From Yuukianura sp. NJ FZ-2021 (lineage: Eukaryota), in contig CM102285.1 of assembly GCA_046563655.1 (NCBI GenBank), positions 6,324,001 through 6,388,000 of the forward strand: a DNA stretch of 64,000 nucleotides. Reading direction: 5' to 3'. Position numbers and translations under genes: made by a program. Shown one piece after another: positions 21,363 through 33,754 of this stretch; within the stretch, counting starts at the first letter, position 1; every line of letters begins with the position of its first letter. The notes below the pieces were generated by a model. The model searched no databases and was not told the DNA's origin. It was given only the letters and a program-made list of their open reading frames with translations.

Positions 21363-24330
21363 CCCAGTGGAGAGAGATCGAACTCCACAACGTGGAGCAT
21401 ATTCCAGGGGGAGCTAACCTCCACTCTGAGAATGTACTTCTGGACAAGGGCCTCAACGTTGTTAAGTCAAGTGACGGCAAGGTCACTTACTTTCGTGACG
21501 GTGTTCCAGACATTGAAGCAGAAATCAAAGATGGTGTCCGGATCATGCTCTTCCGTCCCATCGTCAACAAAGCCTTGACTTGTGTAAAACAGGTCACTTG
21601 GCACAAGAGACTGGGTCACATCAATTCTGAGTTTCTAAATAAAACTGCAAAATTAAAGGCAGTTCATGGACTTGAAAATATGAAGCTGCGGAAAGTGCAA
21701 TGTGACTCCTGTCTACTGTCAAAGGCAACCAGGAAAAGCTTCAAAACTACAGAAAAAGAGAAGCCGGCGAAAGTAGGTGAGTGTCTCCACGCCGATCTTG
21801 CTTACGCCACCACGGCTTCCCACCGAGGAAACAAATATTTTCTCGTGGTCAAGGACGCTGGAAGCTCTTTTCGCCAGATCTACTTTCAAAAGAAAAAGGA
21901 CGAGACGGTGGCCAATATGAAAGACGCTGTTAATTTCATGAGAAATCATACTGGCAACAGTGTGAAAATGATCCGGACCGACAACTGGACAGAGTTTGTC
22001 TGCAAGGAATTTAAACAATTTCTCTCAGACCGGGGGATTCAATTTGAGTTGAATGCTCCCTACACGAGCCGAAGCAACGGTTTGGTGGAGCGGGAAGTAA
22101 GAACGGAGTTGGAAGCAGCAAGAACGATGCTGATTGAAGCTAAGCTCAGCGAAAAGCACTGGGATGACGCTGTCAGTACGGCATGTTACATTCTCAACCG
22201 TACGCTGTCATCCAAAAATAATGAGAAGACTCCTTTTGAATTAGTTTTTGGGAAAAAACCGACACTACATCACGTCCGAATGTTTGGATGTAAAGCTTTC
22301 GCCCGTGTCATGCCAGGAGTGGGCAAGTGGGAGCCAAAGTCAACCGAGTGTACGCTGGTTGCCCACAATGCAACAAACAAAAATTATGTTCTATTTGTAC
22401 CTTCGGAGAGAAAGTACATAGAACAAGCCAAGCATGTCGATTTTCTGGAGAACAGTTTTCTGGGCGACACGAAGTTAAACGGAAGCTCTCAAATTTTTGG
22501 AGAAGAAAATGTAAAGTTTTCTATCACCCCGGAAGCTGAAATCGAATATTTGGACGAAGACAATTTGATTCCACTCAATTCTCTGTCTATTGAAGAGACT
22601 GATGAAGCCATGGACGAGGGGGGAGAGGGGAAGAGTAAATCTGCTCCTTCATCCACTGAAAGTTGGGCTGAAAAAGTGGAACAACAAGAGATGTCCGTCA
22701 CTGAGCCAACGAGACGATCCACCAGAGAAAGGAAACAAGTCCAAAAGTTTCAAGCTGGGTTTAACGCCCACTTGAACATAGGAACTGAAGAACCCTGCAG
22801 CTTCAAAGAAGCAATGGAGTCTAAAAATTCTGAGGAATGGCGGGAGGCCATGGAATCAGAAATGAGAAGCCAACAGGAGAACGGAACGTGGGTCCTCGTA
22901 AAAAGGCCCCACAACAAGAAAGTCCTTAAGAACTGATGGGTTTTCAAGGTGAAAACCAACCCTGACGGATCACTAGACAAGTTCAAAGCTCGTTTGGTGG
23001 TCAAAGGTTTCAGCCAGGTTGAGGGAATCGACTACGAGGAGACTTTCGCACCGGTTTGCCGGTATGAGACAGTTCGGATTCTCCTCAGTCAAGCCGCCAC
23101 TAATGGTTGGGATGTCAAACAGTTTGACATAGCAACTGCCTTCCTTAACCGTCCATTGAAGGAAGAAAATTACATGGAGCAGCCCGAAGGCTTTGAAATT
23201 TCGAAAGATCTCGTCTGCAAACTTGAGCGGGGACTCTACGGACTGAAGCAAAGCCCCAGGGCATGGAATGAAACAATTAACGGAAAGTTAATTGAGATGG
23301 GCTTCCACGCTATTAAGAGCGACCCGTGTGTCTACAAGAAGAGAACGAGGGACACTTTGATCCTTCTAGCTCTGTTCGTGGATGATGGACTCATCATGAG
23401 TGACTCATCACAGAAAAATGAGGTGGAACTGAAGGAATTAGGAAAAAGATTCAAAGTCTCTCTACAACCACTGGATCGTTTCTTAGGAATTGAAATTTCC
23501 AAAACTGACAAGGGAATTTTCATTCATCAAAAGAGATACGTTGAAGACACTCTAAAGAAATTTAATATGTCAGAGTGCAAAACTCTGGACATACCCCTGC
23601 ACTCCAGCTAGAAGCGTGTAAAGAAGCAGATACCATTTTCAAGTTTTGTGAACTAATTGGATCTCTGCTGTTCCTTGCGAGATGCACGAGGCCGGACATC
23701 GCTCACGCTGTACACTATTGGTCACGATTCTTTACAAGTTATGACAAACAACATTGGGATGCTGGGAAGAAAATTCTTCAGTATCTCAAGGGAACAAAAG
23801 ACTTTGGAACCTTCTATGAAAAATTAGAAGGTCAAATGTTGACAGGATTTGTGGAAGCTGACTATGGATCTGACAAGAATTCAAGGAAATCCACGACCGG
23901 ATGTCTCTTTGTGTCCAATGGCGCTCCAATTCTCTGGGTGAGCAAGCGCCAAACGTGCATAGCTCTTTCCTCAACGGAATCTGAGTTTATAGCACTTGCT
24001 CAAGGAGGGAAGGAAGCAGTGTGGATTGACAGGATCTACGAAGAATGTGGAATGTCAAGGTCGGAAGAACGAATCTGCATTCAAACAGATTCTCAAAGTG
24101 CAATGAAACTTGCACGGAATCCAGAATTCCATGACAAGACTAAACACATAGCTATCCGCTACCATTGCATAAGATCGCTCATCGAAAAGAAGCAAGTCAC
24201 AGTTGAGCATCTTCCGGACAAGAAACAACCTGCTGATATCCTCATGAAATCCATTGGAAAAGTGAATTTCGAAAAGAAAAGGCACCTAATGGGTGTACAA
24301 CCAAACCCAAACGACAGGAAGAGAAAAGCT
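21363..24330 (+). pseudogene. Copia pol (GAG-pre-integrase, integrase, RT, RNase H)
   Basis: WHKRLGH, CDSC, IRTDN, SNGLVER, KARLVVKGF, QFDIATAFLN, LYGLKQSPR, LFVDD, ALSSTESEF, KTKHI; stop at 22934-22936 and a frameshift at ~23600. Confidence 0.95.
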
Positions 24331-24368
24331 CTCTCCAGTATTGTTGTTGTGCCGAAGTTGTGCCCATC

Positions 24369-25672
24369 ATGTGGACCATCACTATGCTTCTGCTCACCTT
24401 CCTAACCGTAAGTAGAGCTACGGAGGTGCACAAAACTGGAAGCTCTGTTTTGTGGAGGAAGAGCCTGGACTCAAACAAGCTCTAAATGAGCTTGAGAGAA
24501 AAGTCTTCTCAAATTCTGAAGAATCAAAAGTTCTTCAAAAAGAAATCATGAGATTAACCTCACAAATTGATGGAATTGCAAACGAATTCCACATTTTCAA
24601 AGAAGACATTGTGGAGGTACAGTACATCATTTCCTACCTCACAAGTAAATTGATGGAGGGGAAGAAGATCATGAGCGAAACTGGAAATTCCTGGAAAAGA
24701 GGTAGACTCACAACAGATTTTTTTGAGTATTTAAATTTTACTCTACCGTGTGGAGACGACTGCTCTCTGGAATACGGAATTTTTTACGCTTGTGTCATGG
24801 ACAAAAGCCGGGAAGAAATTACCATTGATTTCACACTACCATCAACAAATCAGAGTTTGACCCGTGTGGAAGCGGACCCATTTATTCTGATGTTCAAAAA
24901 CGACTCAAAGACGTGTGCTCTGAAGTGCACAGGACCAACCATGGCCACAGTGTCCGTAGAGGACGACTGTGTCTATGAGACCCACAACACGAGACCGAAA
25001 GGAAATTTGGAGCTGGCTACGCTTTCCTACTGTTAGAATACGTCAACATTCAAGACGGTGGATCATTACTTCAGAATTGATTGATGCAGAGTCTCATCAA
25101 TTCAGGGTGAAAAAGAATTTACCCAGGTGAAGTTCTTTGACAATGAATATTATATTTATTGTCCTGGGTCCCATTATTTCATCAAGAAGCGGGAAGTGGA
25201 GTGCCCTCTGGAAGTTTTTACGCTGCCTCTCTCACTCACTTTTACTCTAAACAACGTGGAGTACAAAGGAAACGTACTTGAATTGATCAATGACAGAGAA
25301 CGGGAAGACCCTTTTGTGAAGAATCATGTAAATTGGCATTTGAATCCCAACATGAACTGGAGCAACATTGCTGGAGAATTCGAGATTTTCTACAAGGAAA
25401 GTCAGAAGACCATGGAGGATGAAGCCAAAAATCTAAAAGTTTTTGAGTTTCATGACCACGTACGAGCCCATGGCAGCTGGATCCTCGTTAGAATTTTGGC
25501 GGTTCTCCTGGGAGGGACTGTTGGATTCATCGTTGTGCGCAAGTATTGTTACAAGAAGAAACGGAGCCAAGAGAAGCCGAGAAAGAACCGAAGTAGGAAG
25601 GAAATCCCGTTTCAGGAAGTCGAAGAGCTCAAGGTGCCGGAGGTGACTCACCATCACATCGTCATCGAGTAG
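24369..25672 (+). pseudogene. Env/F-like glycoprotein, family A (cleavage site and fusion peptide deleted)
   Basis: Signal-like MWTITMLLLTFLTVSRA, heptad region, Cys-rich ectodomain, TM WILVRILAVLLGGTVGFIVV and basic tail; collinear with 49442-51082; in-frame stops at 25034 and 25082. Confidence 0.8.
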
Positions 25673-25974
25673 TCAGTATTTAGTTTAAAGGGGGTGTTGA
25701 AAACCACAATCTAAATTACTGTACCTTTGATTCCGGGCCGCTGAGAGTAGGTTAGTTATTAATATAACCTTTTAGCAACTTTGTGTGAGGACAAATTCCA
25801 AGGTGGAATTTGTCCACTTAGCACCTTTCACTTTCTGTTTCTCTGTTACCGTTACTAGGCCAAGATCCAATTTGAAACCTTGTAAGCGTTATAAATTGGT
25901 TTGATCTAAATAAACTTAGTTAGTACTCTTTCAGAAGTCATCGGAGTTGTACTAATAACGTTTATTTCAACACA

Positions 25975-27995
25975 TCCATCTTTTCAAAACTGTCCATGTA
26001 CTCGTATGGGTAGACCCCTTTTAAAGCAGAAAAGACATTGCCCTGGGATGATGACGAAATGCACTTTTGGTCATTTGGAACTTATTGACATCCTTTTTCG
26101 CCATCATTTCGACCAAGTCTGCCAAGCTGGAACTGATAAACTGATAAGAGTCTATAAACTTGAGCGCGTTTCCGGCATGAGTTGTACACTCCATTGATGT
26201 AAACTTCTCTTCTGACGTGGGTAGGGGTAAAACATGTTTGAACAAGTTGCTTTTTAACGCTTGAACTATAAAGTGAAAGTCATAGTTTCGAAAATTGTGA
26301 AAAATGATGGGGATTTTTTTGGTGACTTGAAGTTGTAAGTTGCAATTATTGCAACTCACTCCTCGGATACGTCCCGTGAGGTGACAATGGTCAATTACTG
26401 TGTCTCTCACATTTGGAAACCGAACAACACAGTAGATGCAGTTTGTGGCTGCCGCTCTCATATTATAAAAATCGATTTCAGTGTATGATGGGTCACGCCC
26501 AACATCTTGTTTCAATTTTATAAAATATGGTTCAGTAATGTTCGCCAAATCTTCGAGTAAATGCAGAGCAGCGTTTCGACAACAAGAGGTCAATGGTTCC
26601 TCGCACATCTTCCCGGTTGGTCCTACAACAACAAAACTGTAGCCACAGTCAACGTGTTCATTCAGCACGGTTCCAAATCGCATTGTTCCATTTTCTTGTC
26701 GTAAAATGCACTCAAAATCACAGAAAATGACAAATGACAATGGTAGTGTGTGACGAATGTGCTTGAATGTGAACTTGAATTCAGGCGGAAAGCATACACC
26801 CTGCGGCTCAACTGCAGCACAAAAAAACTTGATGCCTTTCTAGTGTTGTCTTGGAGCTCCAATAATGAAGACAAAAGTTGCAAATGTACTTCTGATTATG
26901 CTTCTCGTTTTGTCCCAACAGGCGAGACAAACCGAAGGATGGATTTTAATCTGTTTGCTTCAGCAAAACAAAGTGTGAATTGCAACCTTCAATTAATAAC
27001 AACAGATCAATGTGCTTTTCTCTTTTTTCACGACAAACATGTATGGGAAACACTTTCATTTTCTGGTTCGAGTAATTTGGATCTAGTTCGTCGACTGCTT
27101 CATAGCCATACACATTTACGGATAGTCTTGTGTTGAAGTGTAAGAACTTGTCCAGTTGCTCCGTATTCATAGGAAACTGGATACAGTCAAAGTCCAGAGT
27201 GTGAGAGAAACTGTCGTAGGTTCTTGGGTTGGTGACATGATACCAGTTCACTGATCCATCCTTGTACAATGGATACAATTCAGCTAAAATTGCATATTTG
27301 AAGCACTGGTCGTCAGAGCTTCTAATGTTCACAACACATCTCTGTCTGGTCATATTAGCAGGCGTCGCAATCCAGCCATCACCACGCTGCATTCGGTACA
27401 CGGAAAATTTGAATGTTATCCACTTGAATCGACTCACACGCCAACCAGACCCTTTCCTCAAGAATGCGGCTATTGTATCTCCAATTTTGTTTGACATAAG
27501 CCGAAGGGTATTTTGAATCATTCTGGGTTCTAAGGTGATGTGCGTAAATGAACGGAATGGAAAATCCTCAACTTGTTCTTCAGTGTTACTTCCATGAACT
27601 TGTCGTGTCATTTCAACTAGTGCTACACTGCTCACCAAGTACGACCTGATTTCCCCATGAATCTTTCTCATCAATTCCCGCAAAGTTGCTGAACAGTGAG
27701 TAAAGCCACCAGCCACATCCACAACCACATCTTCATCAAACGTTGCGGTATACTCGCGAGTGGCACCGCCGAATGCAGTCAATTCATCGAAATGTGCTTC
27801 ATTCTCTGGAGCACTTCCACCCGGTTGGTTTTCAACAGAAGGATACAGTTCTGGGCGAGTATTGTACTGGCGCTCACCCAACTGCCCAGGATACTCAAAA
27901 TTTATTCCACACTGAACACAAAATCGTCTCTTGTAATTCCTTAATTCCGAAGCAACAGCATCTAGTTCTGAATTGAAAGACAACATTATTTTCAT
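25975..27995 (-). pseudogene. Polinton/Maverick-type protein-primed DNA polymerase B, N-terminal half with endonuclease-VII-like and exonuclease motifs
   Basis: KGSGW, VVNIRSSDDQCFKYAILA, FCDFECIL, DHCHLTGRIRGVSCNNCNL, IFHNFRNYDFHFI, FIDSYQFISSSL, KGVYPYEYMDS; frameshifted and ending at the copia LTR. Confidence 0.85.
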
Positions 27996-28018
27996 TCAAA
28001 CATTTCCTGAGCACGACC

Positions 28019-28062
28019 TGAGTTAACACTTTTTTGTGAGTTAACAAAAAAGTGTTAACTCA
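28019..28062. promoter_or_regulatory. Perfect 19-bp inverted repeat just upstream of pPolB
   Basis: TGAGTTAACACTTTTTTGT-GAGTTA-ACAAAAAAGTGTTAACTCA; function inferred from position only. Confidence 0.4.
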
Positions 28063-29045
28063 CTTTTTTGCAAGTTTTCATTAAATATTTATCTCATGTA
28101 TGCTTATGACAGACAGCAGATTCGGATAGTACTCCAACAACTACTACAACTACCACCACTCCACCGGCAACTACTTCAACTTTGGCACCCATTACAATGC
28201 CACCAATCGGAATTCCGTCAAATGCAGAAACGAAATGGATTCGCAGGTATATTTCTTCAAACTCTTTTTAGTAACACTATTCTCAAAACGAAATGTTGAC
28301 AAGAGAAGAAATTTTCACATAAAGTCAATAAACAACCAGTCACTCAATCAACCATTTTCTTCACACTGTATGCCTACTGAATCCATTGTTCTTAATTCTT
28401 ACTACCTATCACACAGGCGCAGGAGTACTGTAGAAGCTAAACCCGGATCCTGGATGTACAATCCCAACGATTTTATTTACACTTTCTACACTAAACTTGG
28501 TGAACTGACCCCTGAGCGAGTAGAGGCCGTCCATCAAATTCTGCCATTTACTACAGCGTACTCCAGCGCGCGTGGCGTCGAATTTTTGAAACAAATTGGT
28601 AAATTAACGACATTCTCAAACTCCTCCTTGCTCCCACCAAACATTCACATGTTCTCACTTTTTTAATTATCACACGTTGCGAAAGGAAACTACGGCGTGT
28701 CAAATGAAAAACTGAACTCCTCAAAATAATTCCCATGACAACCACTTCAAAAGTTGCAAAACATGGAGGGATATGTGCAAACGTTCCTTGCAAATTTTTT
28801 TTGCAACAACTTTTACCGAAATTTTTAACAACTTGCTTAGAAATCCCCTCATTGTTTCGAAAATAAACAAGTTGTTTACGTTTAAATTGTTCAGTTTGTA
28901 GTTTGACACGCTGTACACTCGAGTAATTCGAACCAAGAGAAATTAATTCGGATACTAATCTCCGTTAATCTCTAACACAACGCCATACAGTGGTGCAACC
29001 ACGATTCAACCTTCTTAGAGCTTCATTTTTTTTGGATTTTTTCAG

Positions 29046-29946
29046 ATGATAAGCTGGGAAGATTAGCAAACCTACTTTCTGCTACAAACGACGCCAACCG
29101 CGAAGTACTTGCCGTTTTGAGGGAAGTTCGTATGGCCGAAAACGATGAGACTCGAAACTTTCACCTCATTGGCGTTGGACAAGATAGGATAATTCAACTA
29201 CTTCGTGACATGCACCAAGCTGTTGATGCAATTCTTACCAACACAAAGCAAATGGCGACAAGAAAGGCATACGTGAACATCACAAGCGAAACAGGTACCA
29301 GACAAGAGAAGTGGATTCGCAAGTAAGTTTTAACCTTCACTTGCTTAGTATCTTTAAAAATCTCCTATTCAATATTTGTTTAGAAAAGTCGGAATGTAAG
29401 GAATTTCCTAAAGCGAGTAATGTTTTATTAGGAAACGAGCTGTAACGAGTGATTCCGTAACCTCACATGAGCAACCGACATGGATTTCAAACCCTCTTGC
29501 CTTCGTAATGGCCATCAACGAGAAACAGAAGGAACTTGGCCCCGATAAATAAATAGCAGTCAAGGACATTATACCTTTCGTTGTTGCATTTTCCACCTCT
29601 CGCGCTGCGGAGTACCAACGAAACCTTTGTAACAACGCATTTCTGCTTACCGTTTGATTTACCGCAGTTTGTAAATGTTACAAAATTTTTTTACTTTTCA
29701 GTGCAAGCGATTGTTCCAGCAACTAAGCAGCAAACTGATTTATTGACTAACCTGCTGTCCTCCTCTAAGACGACGCATGCCGACTTGGTGGCGATTTTGA
29801 AAATTATACAAGCATCTGGAAAGGAGGTAGGAGACATGACTGCGTATACTTTTTATAGACTTGTGGGATTTGTTGCCTCAGCAGTAGCTCTTGCGATTCT
29901 GAAGTGCATCTGTAAGGGCATTTGTGCTGACGTTGAACAAATCTGA
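29046..29946 (+). CDS. Putative spliced helical/coiled-coil protein with C-terminal TM segment
   Basis: Open segments 29046-29322 and 29702-29946 bounded by polypyrimidine-AG acceptors and a GTAAG donor; ends LVGFVASAVALAILKCICK. Confidence 0.35.
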
Positions 29947-30448
29947 ACATGAGCATGGTTACAAGCGGTAACACACAACCGTAGTGTTGAAATGGGGCCT
30001 AAGTACGTTAATTAAAAACACGTAGAACTTGTTACATAATGAAAGTAGGTTGCCTTAAAACTTGGTGCATGAGAAACAAGTATCAATTTTGTTCAGTGTA
30101 GTAAACAGAGACACGAATAAAAAGTGCATCTCGTTTAGTATACATTTAACTCAGGTTAATTTCTTCCTCAAAAACCGGAAAGGTTACACTTGGAACAGGT
30201 ATAGTACAGATGAAGCTCTTTCGAAATCGTTTTCCTTTTGCCTTTCTTTTGTGTTTAGTCACAATACAAAGTTTAGACAAAGTTTAAAGGAGTTACGTAT
30301 GTTTTAAATCTGTTCAAATTGCACATTGAATTTAGGAACCATTTGTTAATTAAGTAACTCTTGCGGGCTGTAAACTATCTCCTTAGATTTTTTTGACAAC
30401 GCCAATGTATTCCCGTATTTTTTTTGCGTATCAGAATCCAACCGGGAA

Positions 30449-31410
30449 ATGGCGTCTGGACTGTTGAGTTTGCTCTGCGTAGCATCTGTCTTTGGCTTGG
30501 TTAATTCTCAGGTCTTCGGCCTCAGCCGAATGCTGAGGGTAATTCCTCAGCATTCGGCCATCAGCTGAGTGAGTTGGATCGCATTTATGAGTACCGTATT
30601 TCCTCGCCTACAACACGTTCTCGTATATAACACGCATGTAGGTATTTTTTAAAAGACATCAAAGCATTGAAAAAAAATTAAACTACAAGGTTGAAATACA
30701 ATTTCTCGTCAGGTTTCCTATCTTGGGGTAACAATTCATTTACAAGTGCGGAAAACTCTGTTCTTTTTTATTTTGTTCTAATTGCTCATATAAGACGCGC
30801 GTTGTATGCAAGGAAATACGGTATAAAATAATAGTCGCGGCTACTCCACGACGTCTTGTTTTCTGTTAGGTGTTAAGCAGTACGTCGAGAGCACGCCAGT
30901 GCTCTCGCAGATGAAATCGTTGTACCATTGGATCGCTGGAGCTCCGGAAAAAGCAAGAGAAACCCAAAACAATTTTCTGTATGGCAACAGATTGCCGTTT
31001 TACTCGCAATTGTCTTCGGCCATACTTGCCGCAACTGGGGACACCGACGGTGCCACAAAACTGCAGGAGGAATTTGTCAAGGATATTGAGACAACACTTT
31101 CGAAAATACCAATTGCAGGGCATATCATGGGAATTGCAAATGGAATAAGTGGGAACAAAACGCGAGGCGCCGTGCTTGTGACCAACAACAACAACAACAT
31201 GGGTTTGGGAGCCTCAGGACTAGCATTGCTCTTGGGTAATACTGCGCAAAGGCTTAGTAACATTTCTGGACTAGAAGCTGAGTTGTTGTTGAAATTTCTC
31301 ATAAACTGTGTTGCATAGGTGGTGGACTTCCAGGCGCTGTACTTGCTGGCGTTGCGGGGGAGGCTGTGGCAGACGTCATTTCAGAGGTGGTGCCACCGCC
31401 GCAGAAGTAA
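30449..31410 (+). CDS. Putative secreted protein with internal PV(L)SQ..S...A.GD...A...Q..F repeats and glycine-rich C-terminus
   Basis: Signal-like MASGLLSLLCVASVFGLVNSQ, an intron containing a MITE, exon from 30870 (TPVLSQMKSLYHWIAGAPEKARETQNNF / LPFYSQLSSAILAATGDTDGATKLQEEF), last exon GGGLPGAVLAGVAGEAVAD. Confidence 0.5.
30594..30821. mobile_element. Tc1/pogo-type MITE
   Basis: TIRs CCGTATTTCCTCGCCTACAACACG / CGCGTTGTATGCAAGGAAATACGG with TA on both sides. Confidence 0.8.
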
Positions 31411-32237
31411 CCAATAAGAACAGAAATATCGTTAACGGAAGCAAAAAACAGGAAGCCTGAAACTGAAGCAAAAACGTACGATAACAATTTTTTTCTATAG
31501 AAAGCTTAGAAGGGAAGTTTAACGTTTTGACACTTGTTCTGACTGGGCAATAAGTGTTACGACACGTGTTGACGGGTCTTGTTTTGTATGAAATTGTTTT
31601 ACTTCTCATTCTTATTTCCCAAATGATTTGCTGTGTAATAAAGACAGAAAGCTATCTCATAACAAGCGATTTGCAGCAGAGTCTTTGTAGCAAAATCCAT
31701 CCAACGCTTTCAGGAAGGACGATTGCGATGAAAAGTAAGGAGAAAGTATCGGTACGCAGCGGTGAAGCGATAACAGGAGACTGCTTCCGCACACGCTCAT
31801 CATATTAAACCCGACATAACTATGGGTAGCGTTAGTTGCGATTCAGAGACGTAACGCGATTTAAAGTTAAAACTACATTCACAGTGCTGGCAGGAAGGTT
31901 TAGAGCAAACGTTTCACTGACGACGCAATTATAAATGTTATAAGTAAAAGTAACATAGGATAATTTGGAAGATGGGCAGAAGCGTTGTGAAGTGTTCATT
32001 GTGTAAGTTTAATATGCAGCCATTGAAGGTGCAAAACGACTAACTGCAGCCTTTATGTGAAAAAAACTAAGTCGTAAAGTTGTAAGCAAACGTGCGCAGA
32101 AAGGAACTAAGGAAAAAATTGTTTGTGAATGAGTGTATGCTGCTTCCAGTTTTGACAACAAAGCAGCTCCAAATTTACTCGTTTGTTCAAGTTTTCTGCA
32201 AAAGAAGTAAGTAGCTAAAAATAGTCAATTTGTTGAA

Positions 32238-32915
32238 CATTCAAAATACAAAGGAAGGATAAAGTCCTGGTGGGGAAAGAAGTCCAGTGTTGAATGAAAC
32301 TGCTGATGCTGTTTCCATTTTTGAAAACACAGCAGGTCAAATCCTAATCGTTTACTAAATTTTTTGCAAAAAATGCGAAAATCAAAAAAATTCAATTTTT
32401 TCAAAATTCAAAAACAAAAGAAGGATAAAGTCCTGGTGGGGAAAGAAGTCCAGTGTTGAATGAAACTGCTGATGCTGTTTCCATTCTTGAAAACACAGCA
32501 GGTCAAATCCTAATCGTTTCCTAAATTTTTGCAAAAAAAATGCGAAAATCGAAAAAATTCAGTTTTTTCAAAATTCAAAAACAAAAGAAGGATAAAGTCC
32601 TGGTGGAGAAAGAAGTACAGCGTTGAATGAAACTGCTGATGCTGTTTTCATTTTTGAAAACACAGCAGGTCAAATCCTAATCGTTTCCTAAATTTTTTGC
32701 AAAAAATTGAAAAGTAGAAAAAATTCAATTTTTTTAAAATTCAAAAACAAAGGAACGATAAAGTCCTGGTGGAGAAAGAAGTCCAGTGTTGAATGAAACT
32801 TCTGATGCTGTTTCCATCTTTGGAAACACAGCAGCTTCAAATCAAATCAGCTCGTTGATTAATTTTTTTGCAAAGAAGTACAAAGTAAAAAAAAGTTAAT
32901 TCTTTCAAAATTCAA
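32238..32915. repeat. Tandem repeat, ~166-168-bp unit x4
   Basis: GATAAAGTCCTGGTGG(G/A)GAAAGAAGTCCAGTGTTGAATGAAACTGCTGATGCTG recurs at ~32258, 32424, 32591 and 32757. Confidence 0.92.
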
Positions 32916-33639
32916 GAATTGTGTGTGAACAGGGAATGGCCGACAGGAAAGCAGAGGCGCAGAAGAAGTGGATGCGACTGGGGGCAACGTTTGCCAGCGA
33001 CGTAAAGGACTTGATGCGGGAGGGCTTCTGGGCAAAAGTGATCGTTGAGAACAGTTCGTTCGAGTCGAAAAAAACGGTTTCAGCGAAGGCTAAGGGGTTG
33101 GTTTATTCCCAAATTAAAACGGAAAACGAAGCAGTAGTAGTGAACGGTTTGACAGAGAGTGGGTTTAAGGACGCAGATATTGAAGAGTACAAGAAGCGTC
33201 TGACAGAACAACGCTTGAAACTAACGATAGTTATCAATTTCCACACTTAAAAACAAACTCAACTCAAGGATTCCTGAAAAATTAATTTATTGCAAATCAT
33301 TTATTTTTGGTCGCATTTCAATTATTAATGAATTTTCTGCATTTTCCGCTGATTCTGAGGTTTAGTGGGGATCTCCGGCTGCTTCTGAGGTTTAGTAGGG
33401 ACATTTTCATACCGCGGCATGGGTGCCGCGGAAAGTTCGGCCGGTTCCGAGGATTAGTCGTTCCAACCCATACCGTGGTTATACCGTGTTCCAAATTCAC
33501 GGACATTATGAGTAATGTGTAAAAAAAATACCTAACTTACCCTCCCCTCATAAGTTTCCTCCCAAGTGAGAATGAGTGGAAGTGAACTCTTCCCCGCATA
33601 CTCTTCTACACTGGGAGAAGGAATGAGATCTCCACTGGG

Positions 33640-33754
33640 AGGAGGAATGAGATCTTCATTTTCTCATGCACTCTGAAAGTGCAACTAGGTCATGTTTATA
33701 TTTTTGACAGGTCATGTTTGTTTTGTAGTAGCGCCCACAGAGACGTTACTACTT
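33640..33754 (+). mobile_element. Hairpin-terminated repeat end (HINE-like), copy 2
   Basis: TGCACTCTGAAAGTGCA inner palindrome and terminal stem 33725-33752 followed by TTT; homologous to the 19.5-kb and 62.6-kb copies. Confidence 0.55.

Larger units (their letters stand above)
21363..25972 (+). mobile_element. 5'-truncated Ty1/copia element with env-like gene (family A)
   Basis: PR end-IN-RT-RH order, then a glycoprotein; PPT AAAGGGGG before a 278-bp 3' LTR (TGTTG...TTCAACA, 25695-25972). Confidence 0.92.

Noticed and set aside
32238..32915. CRISPR-like array (conserved block alternating with variable block)
   Set aside because: The 'spacers' are homologous to each other, units are ~167 bp, there are no cas genes, and the context is eukaryotic.
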